Shown: in pieces, positions 63,856-64,000 of the stretch
How the letters are laid out: every line of letters starts with the position of its first letter
Position numbering within the stretch: position 1 is the first letter of the stretch
Assembly: GCF_001194135.2 (NCBI RefSeq)
Contig: NC_068985.1
Location: 2,843,070-2,907,069 of the forward strand
Length of the DNA: 64,000 nucleotides
DNA from: Octopus bimaculoides
Taxonomy: Eukaryota
Reading direction: 5' to 3'
Made by a program: the position numbers and the translations under genes
The notes under the pieces: model-generated
The model's input: the letters and a program-made list of their open reading frames with translations, nothing else
Told to the model about the DNA's origin: nothing
Databases searched by the model: none

Positions 63856-64000
63856 GATGATGATAGAAATATTTGACCAACCACATGCAGAAATATCCTT
63901 TGCAATGCAGTCAAAAAAAAAAATACATATATAAAACAAGCACGGCTCCTCCTCAGCACAACCTAGGAGGCAGTTGATAGACAAGCAATGTTGAGAGTGG

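Overview
AT-rich, repeat-dense animal genomic DNA with N gaps. The SINE, MITE and microsatellite complement resembles octopod cephalopod DNA; this is recognition from memory and no database was searched. No host protein-coding gene, rRNA, true tRNA or CRISPR array can be supported. Most ORF-track entries are microsatellite, low-complexity or antisense-to-transposon artefacts. The window is a transposon graveyard: at least four SINE families (called A-D here); LINE fossils (CR1, RTE, R4/Dong-type restriction-like endonuclease tails, a Jockey/CR1-group RT); Tc1/mariner fragments; piggyBac- and hAT-like MITEs; and weak Gypsy- and Maverick-like relics. The strongest unannotated signal is at 46143-46324, a ~180-nt inverted repeat in which each arm carries a minimal type I hammerhead ribozyme core (CUGANGA...GAAAC...GUA), most likely from a Penelope-like pseudo-LTR. 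Other points of interest are a TAA-microsatellite-associated cluster of R4-type tails, a SINE-head/CR1-tail chimera, a mariner fold-back derivative, and several low-confidence candidate micro-exons. Boundaries of old repeats are approximate.
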